Shown piece by piece: positions 1 to 9,723 of a DNA stretch of 64,000 nucleotides. The position numbers were made by a program, and so were the translations under genes. Location: positions 1,763-65,762 of IMG/VR virus record IMGVR_UViG_3300025012_000083. One strand, given 5' to 3'. The DNA is from a virus. Taxonomy: Duplodnaviria; Caudoviricetes. Positions within the stretch are counted from its first letter, which is position 1; each line of letters starts with the position of its first letter. Below the pieces are notes generated by a model. The model was not told the DNA's origin. It made no database searches and was given only the letters and a program-made list of their open reading frames with translations.

Positions 1-1070
1 GAGGTATCAAACTGTGCTTGTTTAGTAGCATTTACAGAATCTCGTATTAAAGTTGTATTTTTTATTGAATTAAACTCAACGTCATCATCAGTATTAATTG
101 GTTGATCTGAGTGATAATAATTTCCTAAACTTGCATTACCACCAAATAATTCAGTTAATCCATTATGACTTGTTATAATAGATGGTGCAAATTTTGATGT
201 AAACGCATTATCTATTTGAGTTGCAATATCAGCACCTTTTTGAACAATAATACGGCCAAGAAGCATTCCTGTAGAAGAAATTCCAGCAGGAATATTATTA
301 GGTAATTGAGAAGCATTTGCTGTATTTAAATCGTAATCTCCATTACTAAGAAAAACTACAATTTCCTTACTATTTCCTATCATGCGAAATATCCAGTTTA
401 CAGCATAATTACCATCTGTTAAAGTTGATAATCCTGTCCCTGAATCAAATTGTGTATTATTATATTGAGTAATAGCGGTATTAAGCCAAGTACCTGTAGC
501 ATCTGTATAAAATAATTTACAAATATCAGTAGAAGAATCAACTGATTGCATAGAATTTCTATAAACGCCTTGCCATATAATGCCAGAAGAAACAATAATT
601 GAACGAGTTGCTTCTTCTCCTAAATTTAATCCAGACACTCTTGCAAAACGATCTGCTTGAGTAAGGCGAGTGTGAATCTTGTTTGCAAGTCCATTTCCTG
701 GGGAGTCCCAATCTATGTAAGATAAGTTATCACCATCTCTAGTGACGGTGTAAACAGGACATATGTTAGAACCATTAAGTTCACTAAAATCAGTAAGAGC
801 GTTAATTATTGGGTTTCCATTATTATAACTTACACATATATATATTATTGTATGCTCTGGTATAGATAATGTAGTCTCTGCTATAGTATGTTCTGTAATT
901 AAACCAGTGTAGTTTTCTGTATGAAATAAACGATATGTCCCTGTGCCGATAGTTGCTGTTCCTTCTCCAATATTATATGTAATTGTTGGTTTAATTGTTG
1001 TACCGCATGATATAAAAGTTGTTGAACTATTTGATACACTATTGCTACTTTTTGCACCACGTATAGGCAT
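1..1070 (-). CDS. Virion structural protein (tail/fibre-like), runs off the window edge
   Basis: Not in ORF track. ATG at 1070 behind a GAGGTG RBS, open frame MPIRGAKSSNSVSNSSTTFISCGTTIKP... to position 1; Thr/Ser/Gly/Asn-rich; downstream of the tail tube gene. Confidence 0.6.
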   Translation of the reverse strand, partial: MPIRGAKSSNSVSNSSTTFISCGTTIKPTITYNIGEGTATIGTGTYRLFHTENYTGLITEHTIAETTLSIPEHTIIYICVSYNNGNPIINALTDFSELNGSNICPVYTVTRDGDNLSYIDWDSPGNGLANKIHTRLTQADRFARVSGLNLGEEATRSIIVSSGIIWQGVYRNSMQSVDSSTDICKLFYTDATGTWLNTAITQYNNTQFDSGTGLSTLTDGNYAVNWIFRMIGNSKEIVVFLSNGDYDLNTANASQLPNNIPAGISSTGMLLGRIIVQKGADIATQIDNAFTSKFAPSIITSHNGLTELFGGNASLGNYYHSDQPINTDDDVEFNSIKNTTLIRDSVNATKQAQFDT

Positions 1071-1100
1071 TAATATTCACCTCACTTTATATTTAGAATT

Positions 1101-1418
1101 TTAATAGAATTGTCCAGACCATCGCAATTTTGTCCCTAAATTATTCATTACTTGAATAGATTTAATTCCTTGAAAATTATATTCTCTAGATTCATTTGCA
1201 GGGATATAAAGGATATATCCTCCAATATTAATATATAGATTTGTATTTTCTGCTTCTATAAATAATGAGTTAAGATATACTTTGTTTCCATTAGAGTCAG
1301 TGAAATTGATTAGTTCATTTTCAGATATTGTTGTGTACCATGGATCATAGTTAGCATCACCTATTTTATTTACTGGAAGACTACTTATAAAACCACTGTG
1401 TAATAATTGCCCTATCAT
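1101..1418 (-). CDS. Hypothetical virion-module protein
   Basis: 105-aa ORF with AAGGA RBS within the structural operon. Confidence 0.6.
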   Translation of the reverse strand: MIGQLLHSGFISSLPVNKIGDANYDPWYTTISENELINFTDSNGNKVYLNSLFIEAENTNLYINIGGYILYIPANESREYNFQGIKSIQVMNNLGTKLRWSGQFY

Positions 1419-1591
1419 TGTTTTATCATTCCTTTCTTTCTTTGTATTTTTTGTGATTTGAATTGTTATGGATGGATTTATTATATAATTTCCTAAAACT
1501 TAAAACCCTTGTGGGAGTGGACTTTAAGATTTAGAATATTTTATAATTGTGGGTTAAAATCAGTGTTTATTTGGAGTGGGAGAGTAAAAAA

Positions 1592-1640
1592 ATAAGGAGA
1601 AAAGAGAAGTTTTTTAATTTCTTCTGCTTCTCTCCTTATT
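1592..1640. terminator. Intrinsic terminator-like hairpin
   Basis: AATAAGGAGA...TCTCCTTATT inverted repeat after the 80-aa ORF, followed by a T-run on the minus strand. Confidence 0.55.
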
Positions 1641-1646
1641 AACTTA

Positions 1647-1889
1647 TTATTTCTTAATTATTTTAATATCATCTTTAACTTCTTCTTTCAACAATTCCTC
1701 CCAATTACCATCAATAGGTTTAAATAATTGAATTAATACATCATACTCAATATCTATCCTTTTATCTCCACCATCAATATACAATTTCTTATTGTCTAAA
1801 CCAATCGTATAAATAATATCCATTCTAATTTCCAGTGGAGGAGAAGCAGGGTGGAGATATTGAATTTTTATGCCTTTCAATTTTTCCAT
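1647..1889 (-). CDS. Hypothetical protein
   Basis: 80-aa ORF with GAGG RBS. Confidence 0.6.
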   Translation of the reverse strand: MEKLKGIKIQYLHPASPPLEIRMDIIYTIGLDNKKLYIDGGDKRIDIEYDVLIQLFKPIDGNWEELLKEEVKDDIKIIKK

Positions 1890-1930
1890 TTATATTACCT
1901 CGATTTTTAATTATTTTATATTTATGCTAA

Positions 1931-2725
1931 TTAAACACTTTCTCCAAGCACAGTAGTCTCAAAGAACACTTTATCATTTCCACTTGTTACAGGGAATAAA
2001 TCATATTCAAATGGAATTTCTGTTGCTTTATCGCTTGCAAATGTCCACTCAAATCCCGGCTTTACTTTAGCTTTCTTGATATCAAATTTAACTGGATATG
2101 TAAGACCATCTGATTCATCTACTGCCAAAGCATCTCCTGTAATACGAACATATCCTGGGAAATTATTTGCTGTAATGGTCATCTTCTTAGCTAAAGCAGT
2201 AGAAGTATAATCATAAACACAAAGGAATTTAGTTCCAATTGCACCAGTTGTAACATTTAGAGTAACTGTTGCTGTAGAAATAGTATATTGATTTTCGACT
2301 GTTGCGGGAGTACCAACAATTTGTTCTGTAGAAATATCTCTGTTATTTAATAATTTATAGATTTTTAAACTCCCATTTACAGGTGTTTGAGCTAGTGTCA
2401 TAGTTCCAGCAACAGTAATAGTAATTACTTCTCTTTTAGGAACTTGCGTAGCACCAGTGACTAATGCTTTACCTGTCATACTAGTTAAAGCAGATGTATC
2501 AAGCAATGGAAGTGTTGCCTTAAATGTTGCATCTTTGCTATGATCCATGCTTAAAAGTTTATAATTTCCCTGCCCACCACGTATATCTAATCTTTCTCCT
2601 GTAGTAGCAACAGATGAATCTTTTGCATAATCAACAAAAAATTGAACTGCACCACCAACGCCAGTGGCACTGTAAGTTTGTACTGTGTAATTTAAAACTT
2701 CTTTAAAAGCAAAAGTGTTTGACAT
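1931..2725 (-). CDS. Major tail (tube) protein, SPbeta-like
   Basis: 264 aa, Thr/Val-rich beta protein, IRGGQGN motif, strong GAGGAGG RBS, position after neck genes. Confidence 0.7.
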   Translation of the reverse strand: MSNTFAFKEVLNYTVQTYSATGVGGAVQFFVDYAKDSSVATTGERLDIRGGQGNYKLLSMDHSKDATFKATLPLLDTSALTSMTGKALVTGATQVPKREVITITVAGTMTLAQTPVNGSLKIYKLLNNRDISTEQIVGTPATVENQYTISTATVTLNVTTGAIGTKFLCVYDYTSTALAKKMTITANNFPGYVRITGDALAVDESDGLTYPVKFDIKKAKVKPGFEWTFASDKATEIPFEYDLFPVTSGNDKVFFETTVLGESV

Positions 2726-2746
2726 TTTATTACCTCCTCGTTTTAA

Positions 2747-3493
2747 TTATATTAGTCTTATTTTACTAAACCAGTTTTCTAGTTTAATATCCTCTTGTTT
2801 TGCTCCATGCAATAAACTTTGTATATCTATATCAAACTTATCAATTTTATTTAATCTTTTAAATTGATCTAGTGTTTGATAAACAGTTAATTGACCAATA
2901 TTTAATGGGTTAATGTTATGATGTTTTGCACATACAGATGAGAGAATATCAGAATAATCATATATTTGCTCATCATTTTTAGTTTTATTATATTTTTCTC
3001 TCATCTCTTTTAATTTTTTTGCCATTTGCTCTGCAATAGAATTAGCAAACTTCTCTGGTTCCTCCATTTGTATTCCGTTTTGCTTTTTTAAAATGAATTT
3101 TATATATTCATAATTTTCTTGGTGAATAAATTTTTCATTAATAATATCGCCAACAAAAAAACATAATAATTCTTTTGAAAATATTATTTCCTTTTTAAAA
3201 AAAACAGATAATGCTTCTAATATTAATTGTCTGAACAGTTCGTCGTGGTAACTTGCTGAAATTAAATATTGAAATGTAGATATGTCTTGATCATTTGAGG
3301 ATTCTAATAACATCTGTGTTATATGTTCTTTTTCTAAACAAAGAATACTCAAATACTGATTATATTTACTAAATCTTATTTTTTTAACTTCACTATTAGT
3401 TAAGCAAAATAATTTACCTACATTCGGTATTTCAATATAATCATCTAAAAACAACTCTATGTTTAAATCTAATTCGCTTAAGTTTTCAAACAT
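2747..3493 (-). CDS. Conserved SPbeta-like tail-module protein
   Basis: 248 aa between putative tail-completion and tail tube genes; synteny. Confidence 0.55.
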   Translation of the reverse strand: MFENLSELDLNIELFLDDYIEIPNVGKLFCLTNSEVKKIRFSKYNQYLSILCLEKEHITQMLLESSNDQDISTFQYLISASYHDELFRQLILEALSVFFKKEIIFSKELLCFFVGDIINEKFIHQENYEYIKFILKKQNGIQMEEPEKFANSIAEQMAKKLKEMREKYNKTKNDEQIYDYSDILSSVCAKHHNINPLNIGQLTVYQTLDQFKRLNKIDKFDIDIQSLLHGAKQEDIKLENWFSKIRLI

Positions 3494-3501
3494 ATGGACA
3501 C

Positions 3502-3978
3502 CTAATTAAATTCTGTAGTTTTATAAGCAAGATATACACCACTATAATTTTCATTAATTGGGATGTCGTCCATACCATAAAAAGGTAATTTTCCTATACC
3601 TATATCCCTTGAAGAATTAAAAATTTCATCGATATAGTTTAAAAGCATATCATAGCGAAGCATTCCATAGTCTGTTCTCACCAACGAATTATGTGTAATG
3701 ATATAAAAATAGATTGATCCATTTTTAAAAGTAATTCCATCAGGCTTATAACCAAATGCCATTGATATAAATGTTTTTGCTTCTGTTTGGATAGTAGGTA
3801 TGTATCTATATGGATATATCCTATCGTAAATCAAAGAAGTTACATCAAAATCAACAGGCAAAGGAATGTCTAGAAAATTATCTTCATTGTTAACAAGACA
3901 TTTTACAATATTTTCGTTTTCAATAAGTTTCATTAATATAGTTGTCTTGTTTGTACCTAGTTCACTAAATCTACTCAT
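3502..3978 (-). CDS. Putative tail completion/terminator protein
   Basis: 158 aa, RIYPYRYIP and RYD motifs, neck position. Confidence 0.5.
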   Translation of the reverse strand: MSRFSELGTNKTTILMKLIENENIVKCLVNNEDNFLDIPLPVDFDVTSLIYDRIYPYRYIPTIQTEAKTFISMAFGYKPDGITFKNGSIYFYIITHNSLVRTDYGMLRYDMLLNYIDEIFNSSRDIGIGKLPFYGMDDIPINENYSGVYLAYKTTEFN

Positions 3979-4029
3979 TTAATAAATATACACCACCTCT
4001 AAACTAAAAATTATTTAATAAACATTAAA

Positions 4030-5205
4030 TTACATCACTGACCTCAACTTAATAACCTTCTCAACAATCTCACCATTTCCTACATCAGTACCCCTCAAAG
4101 TAACATAATAAGTATAACTATTACATTTAATCGAACAACTATTCATACTCAAAGCACTTACAAAAGTATAAGCACTACTAGGCGTACTACCTGCAATAAT
4201 TGAAAATATAAATTCTGCTCCTACAATTTCAACACCATTATTAAATTTATGTGCTGTATAAATCTTAGTTGATCCTGATTTTATTTCCGTATCAGGTAAA
4301 ATATTTCCAACCAAACTATAAGTATAATTATCTTGTGGCAAATCAACAATCTCAATTCCAATACTATCCTGAATCAAATTATCATTATCCATTTTACAAC
4401 TAATATTTACATTCCCTACAGACAAGAAACTTACTAATCCTGTGCTTGATACATTAGCGATTAGATTATTGCTTGAAGCAAAAGAAAACGAAGGAGATGT
4501 AATTAATGTTTCTCTATCTTTCACTTGAACATTTAATTGTACAGGAGTATTAATATCTGCTTGAATCGAATCTCCATTTAAAATAGTAAGAGAATATGAT
4601 GGAAATACTTGTTCAACTTCGCTATACACCATTTTTAAAATTAACAAACCAGGAATAATAATATCATCAATATTTACTATGGTATAATTCCTCAGCCCAA
4701 TTTTGAAAATGTAATTCATCCCAATTTGTCTAGTAATATCAGTATTGCTTATTTGTATTGCAATTTCTGAATCTAAAGTTGAGATATACTTTTGTTCATC
4801 TAGACTTATTAGTCCTTTTGAGATTATGCAGGGGATTTGGTGGAGGGTTGATGTGGAAGAGTAAAATTTTAATACATTATCATTACATCTCTCAATAATA
4901 CCCACATCAGATATTTTTGAAGTTGTATCACCGTTTACGCAAATCCAATTCGAATTATCGAACTCAACAATTTCACCAATGCTTATAGTTTCATCAGGAA
5001 AACATAATAATCTCTTCCTGTTAGGATTCTTAATAATTGAACTTTCTTCAACAATACGAGTTTTTCTATCAATTCCACTAATTTTAACTAATTCATAACT
5101 TGTAGAATTTTCAAATTCAGTTGATACTAAATTCTTCATGTTATCTGTAAACAAAGTTTTTCTATCTTGTCCTCGTCTTGCTTGATATTCAGTCCACCAA
5201 GTCAA
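4030..5205 (-). CDS. Head-closure/neck protein with C-terminal Ig-like domain
   Basis: 391 aa; SSNNLIANVSSTGLVSFLSVGNVNI resembles a Big_2 Ig-like motif; neck position. Confidence 0.55.
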   Translation of the reverse strand: MTWWTEYQARRGQDRKTLFTDNMKNLVSTEFENSTSYELVKISGIDRKTRIVEESSIIKNPNRKRLLCFPDETISIGEIVEFDNSNWICVNGDTTSKISDVGIIERCNDNVLKFYSSTSTLHQIPCIISKGLISLDEQKYISTLDSEIAIQISNTDITRQIGMNYIFKIGLRNYTIVNIDDIIIPGLLILKMVYSEVEQVFPSYSLTILNGDSIQADINTPVQLNVQVKDRETLITSPSFSFASSNNLIANVSSTGLVSFLSVGNVNISCKMDNDNLIQDSIGIEIVDLPQDNYTYSLVGNILPDTEIKSGSTKIYTAHKFNNGVEIVGAEFIFSIIAGSTPSSAYTFVSALSMNSCSIKCNSYTYYVTLRGTDVGNGEIVEKVIKLRSVM

Positions 5206-5286
5206 TTTAATATCAACCTCCTTTTAAATTCTTACAAATTATAATAGAGAAGGAGCAGAAATTAATTCTACTCCCTAAACAAAAAA

Positions 5287-5562
5287 CTATTCTTTTTCGC
5301 GCAAACCAATAACTTTTAAAACCGAACCATCCGCAGAAGCTTTATAATAAAAAGTTTTACAATAAGTTTCAAAATTTTCAATACTTGCCCCAGCGACTAA
5401 TTCTATAGCGTTTTCTTCTGTCGTCAAATTGTCGATATTAATCGTGACCACATTAGCAGACTCATTTTTAATTAATTGAAAAATATTTACCCCAAGTGCT
5501 ACATTTTGTTCTGCTTGATTTGCCGTCAGTTTTTTGCTTACATATCCAGTTACATTTGCCAT
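5287..5562 (-). CDS. Small structural/hypothetical protein
   Basis: 91-aa ORF with GAGGAGG RBS. Confidence 0.55.
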   Translation of the reverse strand: MANVTGYVSKKLTANQAEQNVALGVNIFQLIKNESANVVTINIDNLTTEENAIELVAGASIENFETYCKTFYYKASADGSVLKVIGLREKE

Positions 5563-5712
5563 TATTTATTCCTCCTCTAAATTTTATTAATTATTTGTCT
5601 GTTTTATAATATAATTGAAGGAGGTACTAAGGCTTACGCTCCTTAAAATACCCCATAAATACAAAAAGTTAGAGAATAAATTCTCTAACAATGAATTAAT
5701 TTGCTATATTTA

Positions 5713-6096
5713 TTAAGTACCTATAGCAATCCATGCAACATTTGCAAAAACATCTGCGGCAGCTATAGGTGTAACATCATTTACAGCAGTTGGTTTCCAA
5801 GATTTAATTACAATACTTCCTGCGGTTGGTTGACCAGTTTGATTTCCTACTGTACATGTGCTATACATATGTGTCATTGATGGATCTCCAACTAGAGAAA
5901 CAACAGCATCAACAACAGTTGCCAAACCTGTTACAATAGTATCAGAAGCAGAACCAATAGTAGCAACTCCTCGTGCAATTTTATAACCTGATGCTACTCC
6001 TTGTGTCAATAAATTAATTTTAGCAGTTGTAACAGTAAGTCCATCAAGTACATTTAATTCTGATTCCGAAACTACTTTATAATCAAAATCACTCAT
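5713..6096 (-). CDS. Putative head decoration/fibre protein
   Basis: 127 aa, Ala/Thr/Val-rich, ends WIAIGT like phage fibre C-termini. Confidence 0.5.
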   Translation of the reverse strand: MSDFDYKVVSESELNVLDGLTVTTAKINLLTQGVASGYKIARGVATIGSASDTIVTGLATVVDAVVSLVGDPSMTHMYSTCTVGNQTGQPTAGSIVIKSWKPTAVNDVTPIAAADVFANVAWIAIGT

Positions 6097-6146
6097 TATT
6101 TTCCTCCTTAACTTATATTAAATATTTTCTATAATTTTCTATAATA

Positions 6147-6584
6147 CTAATTCCCAGATTTATAAAACTTTGAATACAAATAACCGTCATAAAGATAATC
6201 ATTAACTTTTAATTTTAACTCTTTGTCATAACTTAATTTTATTTTACTCATAGTACCTAATTGATCAGCAGGACTAAATGTTTTAAAATCCTTATCTGTT
6301 AATCTAAGTTTCAATAATTCACCGTTATTAATTTTCTCATCTAACCAAACTTTGCGCATGTAATCAGCTAAAATCCACATTTCTTCTTCAGTTAATGTGT
6401 TTGTAAATGTTTCAGTAGTATCATCTCTGGTTAAAACTTGTTTGCATTTCTTAAATAATGTTACTGCCTTAGATAGAGTTAATTTATTTTCTACTTTCAT
6501 TTGAACTTCTGTAAGAGATGTTAGATCAAAATCATTAATTTCATGCATGAATTTTGGAAAAACTAAGTCATAGGATGTTCCCAA
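6147..6584 (-). CDS. Putative head-tail adaptor
   Basis: 145 aa helical protein downstream of capsid genes; LTEEEMWILA and DFKTFSPA motifs. Confidence 0.55.
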   Translation of the reverse strand: MGTSYDLVFPKFMHEINDFDLTSLTEVQMKVENKLTLSKAVTLFKKCKQVLTRDDTTETFTNTLTEEEMWILADYMRKVWLDEKINNGELLKLRLTDKDFKTFSPADQLGTMSKIKLSYDKELKLKVNDYLYDGYLYSKFYKSGN

Positions 6585-6598
6585 TTAAATCACATCCC

Positions 6599-7099
6599 TT
6601 ATTTCTCATTCTTTTGTTGATTCAACTTATTTGCTTTCTCATCTTCTTTGATTAATGTTACTTTTACTTTTGTCCCATCTTCAATTGTATTAATTACTGA
6701 GCCTTTTAAATTGTCATAATCTTCGACAGCCAATTCAGCTAATAATTCTTTATTACCATTAGGGAGTTTTCCAATTTCCTCTTTTAATTCTTCAGAACTT
6801 AGATTTGCTAACATTAATTTTAATTGAGTGTGAAGTTTAATATCTTCATATTTTACATTAAGCCCTAGTGTATCAAATACATTCTTATCCTGAACATAAA
6901 TATCACCAGTCTGAATCAAATCACTAGTATATGCCATATTTTCTAATTCAATAAATGGTAATGTTGCTGGAGCACCAATTTTCAATAACGTGATAGGTCT
7001 ACCATTTAATTGAGTCCAATAAATTTTGCCATTAGAATTGTTAATTATTCTTACTTTTGTGTCTGCATCTATGGGTTGTATTTTAGTTTGAGTTGTCAT
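6599..7099 (-). CDS. Conserved head-module protein (SPbeta YonA-like position)
   Basis: 166 aa following the major capsid gene; synteny only. Confidence 0.5.
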   Translation of the reverse strand: MTTQTKIQPIDADTKVRIINNSNGKIYWTQLNGRPITLLKIGAPATLPFIELENMAYTSDLIQTGDIYVQDKNVFDTLGLNVKYEDIKLHTQLKLMLANLSSEELKEEIGKLPNGNKELLAELAVEDYDNLKGSVINTIEDGTKVKVTLIKEDEKANKLNQQKNEK

Positions 7100-7141
7100 T
7101 TTATTTAATCATTTCCTTTATATTTATTTTCTTGTTTGAAT

Positions 7142-7963
7142 TTATGCCATTTGTGAAAATTCCCATTTAAATCCTTTATGAGTTTTATATATTCCTTCAC
7201 AACAACCAAGAACGTATGTTGTTCTAAACATAGGAATTTCTCTTATGTCTTTATAATTGTTCCATATTTTAATTAATTCACCATCTAAAGTAAATTGATT
7301 AATCTTTTTTCCAATTTTAGGTATGAATCTATTTATATCAAAGTTTTTTTGTTCATACTCTGATTTAAAAAACCATAAACAATCGTAAGCATATTGATTC
7401 TTATAACTACAACATTTAGAAATAGGTGCTTGTTCTAAATCTAATATTTTAGATGCATAATTAGCACTTTCCCATTCTTGAATATATCTACCATCAATTG
7501 TACATTGAATTATAGGTTTACTTTTAGATATGCTCATATTTTTCTTGCCTTTGGCTGTACGCTTAATGCCAGTCATAGATTTACTCATTTTACTTTTAGT
7601 TTCTTCGGAATGACTACGACCTAATGTACTTTCAGCAGTAGGGCATATATTATAAGCAATATCTTTATTACAAGCATCTAATGTATCTATCCAATGCTGT
7701 TCACGTTTAATTAAATCTTCTTTAGATTCTACTTTTTCTAGTAAAATTACTATAAATCTTTCAGAACCATATTTATTATAAGAATTCTGCAAGTAAGTAT
7801 TTTTATGTTTATTATTCCTTAAATCTCTATAGTGAGTTAATTTACGTTGCCATAAATTTTTAGCACTACCAACATAAAATTTATTATTTGCTAAATTTAT
7901 AATTAAATAAATACCAGAATACTTCATATCACTTGTAATAATTTTAGATTCAATTTGCTCCAA
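7142..7963 (-). CDS. GIY-YIG homing endonuclease with NUMOD3/NUMOD1 repeats
   Basis: SGIYLI...FYVGSA..R motif; HSEETKSKMS (NUMOD3); KPIIQ..DG..I.EW and GFKWEF (NUMOD1). Confidence 0.9.
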   Translation of the reverse strand: MEQIESKIITSDMKYSGIYLIINLANNKFYVGSAKNLWQRKLTHYRDLRNNKHKNTYLQNSYNKYGSERFIVILLEKVESKEDLIKREQHWIDTLDACNKDIAYNICPTAESTLGRSHSEETKSKMSKSMTGIKRTAKGKKNMSISKSKPIIQCTIDGRYIQEWESANYASKILDLEQAPISKCCSYKNQYAYDCLWFFKSEYEQKNFDINRFIPKIGKKINQFTLDGELIKIWNNYKDIREIPMFRTTYVLGCCEGIYKTHKGFKWEFSQMA

Positions 7964-8034
7964 AATATCGTTCCTTTCTACTGATAGTATTTGTATTATT
8001 TATATTTGTATTATTATATTTAAACATAATAAAT

Positions 8035-8060
8035 AAGAGAGTGAAAAATTCACTCTCTTT
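8035..8060 (-). terminator. Terminator after major capsid gene
   Basis: AAGAGAGTGAA/TTCACTCTCTT inverted repeat. Confidence 0.7.
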
Positions 8061-8103
8061 ACAAACTGCTTATTAAATTGTAATAATTTTGTTTAATTAA
8101 GTT

Positions 8104-9105
8104 TTACAAACTAGTATTACGATACGAACAATACATATTAGAATAAACAATGGTCATTCCGAATTTTTTATAGCTTAAAAAATCAATGCTCATATCAGAG
8201 TTTTCAGTTTCCTTTACAATTGTCTCGCCTTCAAATGCAACTTTAATAATTTTTGCCTCGTTAGTTACAATTACGAATGCATATTGATCGCTCAATACTT
8301 TGCTAGTATTAGTATCATCAGCAAAAGCATTAGGCAATACAATTACACTAGCTCCTCTAAACTTACCAATTCTACCAAATTCTCTACGCTCAGTTTTATC
8401 CATATCAGTTATAAAACCAGGAGTTTCTTCAATCGTCCCTGCAAAAGTAGGAGTACAGAAAATTACAACATTATCTCCATAAGATTGAACATTAGTAATC
8501 AATTGACCCATTTGACTAGGGACAAATGCATTGGCTTGAACTTTCATATTAGCAGTCAATCCAGTAAATGAAGCAATTAAAGTAGCTTGAATTTGAACAT
8601 TAATTTTCTCCATAATTCCATCAATGATAGCATTAATTAAATCAGTCCAGTCTACGACACCATCCAAGAAACGCTCAAATTCGACATAAACTGCACCACC
8701 ATATGCTTCCATTGTCATATTAATATAGTCTACGTCAAGTCTTGTTCGTTCAATTACTCCACCCAAACCAACTTTTGTAATGAAATTGAGCAACCCTCTT
8801 TTACCTTTTTTAGTTTTGAATTTAGGTTTTTGTCCTTGGTCAAGAATTTGATATTCAACAAAACCACCATAAGCATCATCAACTCTTTTAGGAAGTATTT
8901 CATCTACATTTTCTTCAACAAGCTCAAAGATTTCAATCTTATTTTGACGAAAACTCTTATAACGATTTTTACCATCAGGAACTAATTCTTTAAAAGCATC
9001 TCTTAATGCACTATTCTTCTCATCGGAAGTATATGTAACCCCATTTTCTACAGTATCTTTACGATTATATGCTTGTTTTGCTAACTCAAAATATTTTCTT
9101 TCCAT
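8104..9105 (-). CDS. Major capsid protein (SPbeta YonB-like)
   Basis: 333 aa, strong RBS, follows scaffold and decoration genes, followed by a terminator. Confidence 0.8.
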   Translation of the reverse strand: MERKYFELAKQAYNRKDTVENGVTYTSDEKNSALRDAFKELVPDGKNRYKSFRQNKIEIFELVEENVDEILPKRVDDAYGGFVEYQILDQGQKPKFKTKKGKRGLLNFITKVGLGGVIERTRLDVDYINMTMEAYGGAVYVEFERFLDGVVDWTDLINAIIDGIMEKINVQIQATLIASFTGLTANMKVQANAFVPSQMGQLITNVQSYGDNVVIFCTPTFAGTIEETPGFITDMDKTERREFGRIGKFRGASVIVLPNAFADDTNTSKVLSDQYAFVIVTNEAKIIKVAFEGETIVKETENSDMSIDFLSYKKFGMTIVYSNMYCSYRNTSL

Positions 9106-9140
9106 GTTAATTTAATTCCTCCTTCTAATTTTATTTATTA

Positions 9141-9692
9141 TTAAGCTTTTGTGCAGGTGAAACAAAGCGCAGACTCTCCAGCAGGTAAAGTTACAACTCT
9201 AGTTGCTTGCAATTCAATTGCAGCACCAGCATTTTGGATAGGTTCAAGTTCAATTTGACCATTAGTAGATGGGTAAGCATATACAGGAGTACCAGCATTA
9301 ATTGCGGCTACAATAGCAGCATAATCAGCATAATCACCATCATCATATTTAAAGTTATTGGTATCAAACATATCGCCAATATGAAAACGATAAATACGAG
9401 GTAAAAATTCACCCAAATTCAATTTGAAATTACCAAGAGACATATCACTCTCATCATACATTTTTTCTACACATGCTACCAAACCACATCTGATTGTAGG
9501 GCCACTAGGAAGACCAAGAGTTTTTGTATAGTGTTCTTCTTCTAAAAGAAATCCATTTTGACAAGCTGTAGCAGTAAAATCAGTTGCATTCAAAGCATAC
9601 TGAATATTATGTTCCCCTGTTTTAACCCCTGCCACTTTACGAAGATTTACAATACCATACCGACCAGTTACTACATTATTTTTATTAGCCAT
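9141..9692 (-). CDS. Capsid decoration/minor capsid protein
   Basis: 183 aa between scaffold and capsid; CQNG and GDMFDTN motifs. Confidence 0.55.
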   Translation of the reverse strand: MANKNNVVTGRYGIVNLRKVAGVKTGEHNIQYALNATDFTATACQNGFLLEEEHYTKTLGLPSGPTIRCGLVACVEKMYDESDMSLGNFKLNLGEFLPRIYRFHIGDMFDTNNFKYDDGDYADYAAIVAAINAGTPVYAYPSTNGQIELEPIQNAGAAIELQATRVVTLPAGESALCFTCTKA

Positions 9693-9723
9693 GTTTATTT
9701 TTCCTCCTTTTAATTAATTAATT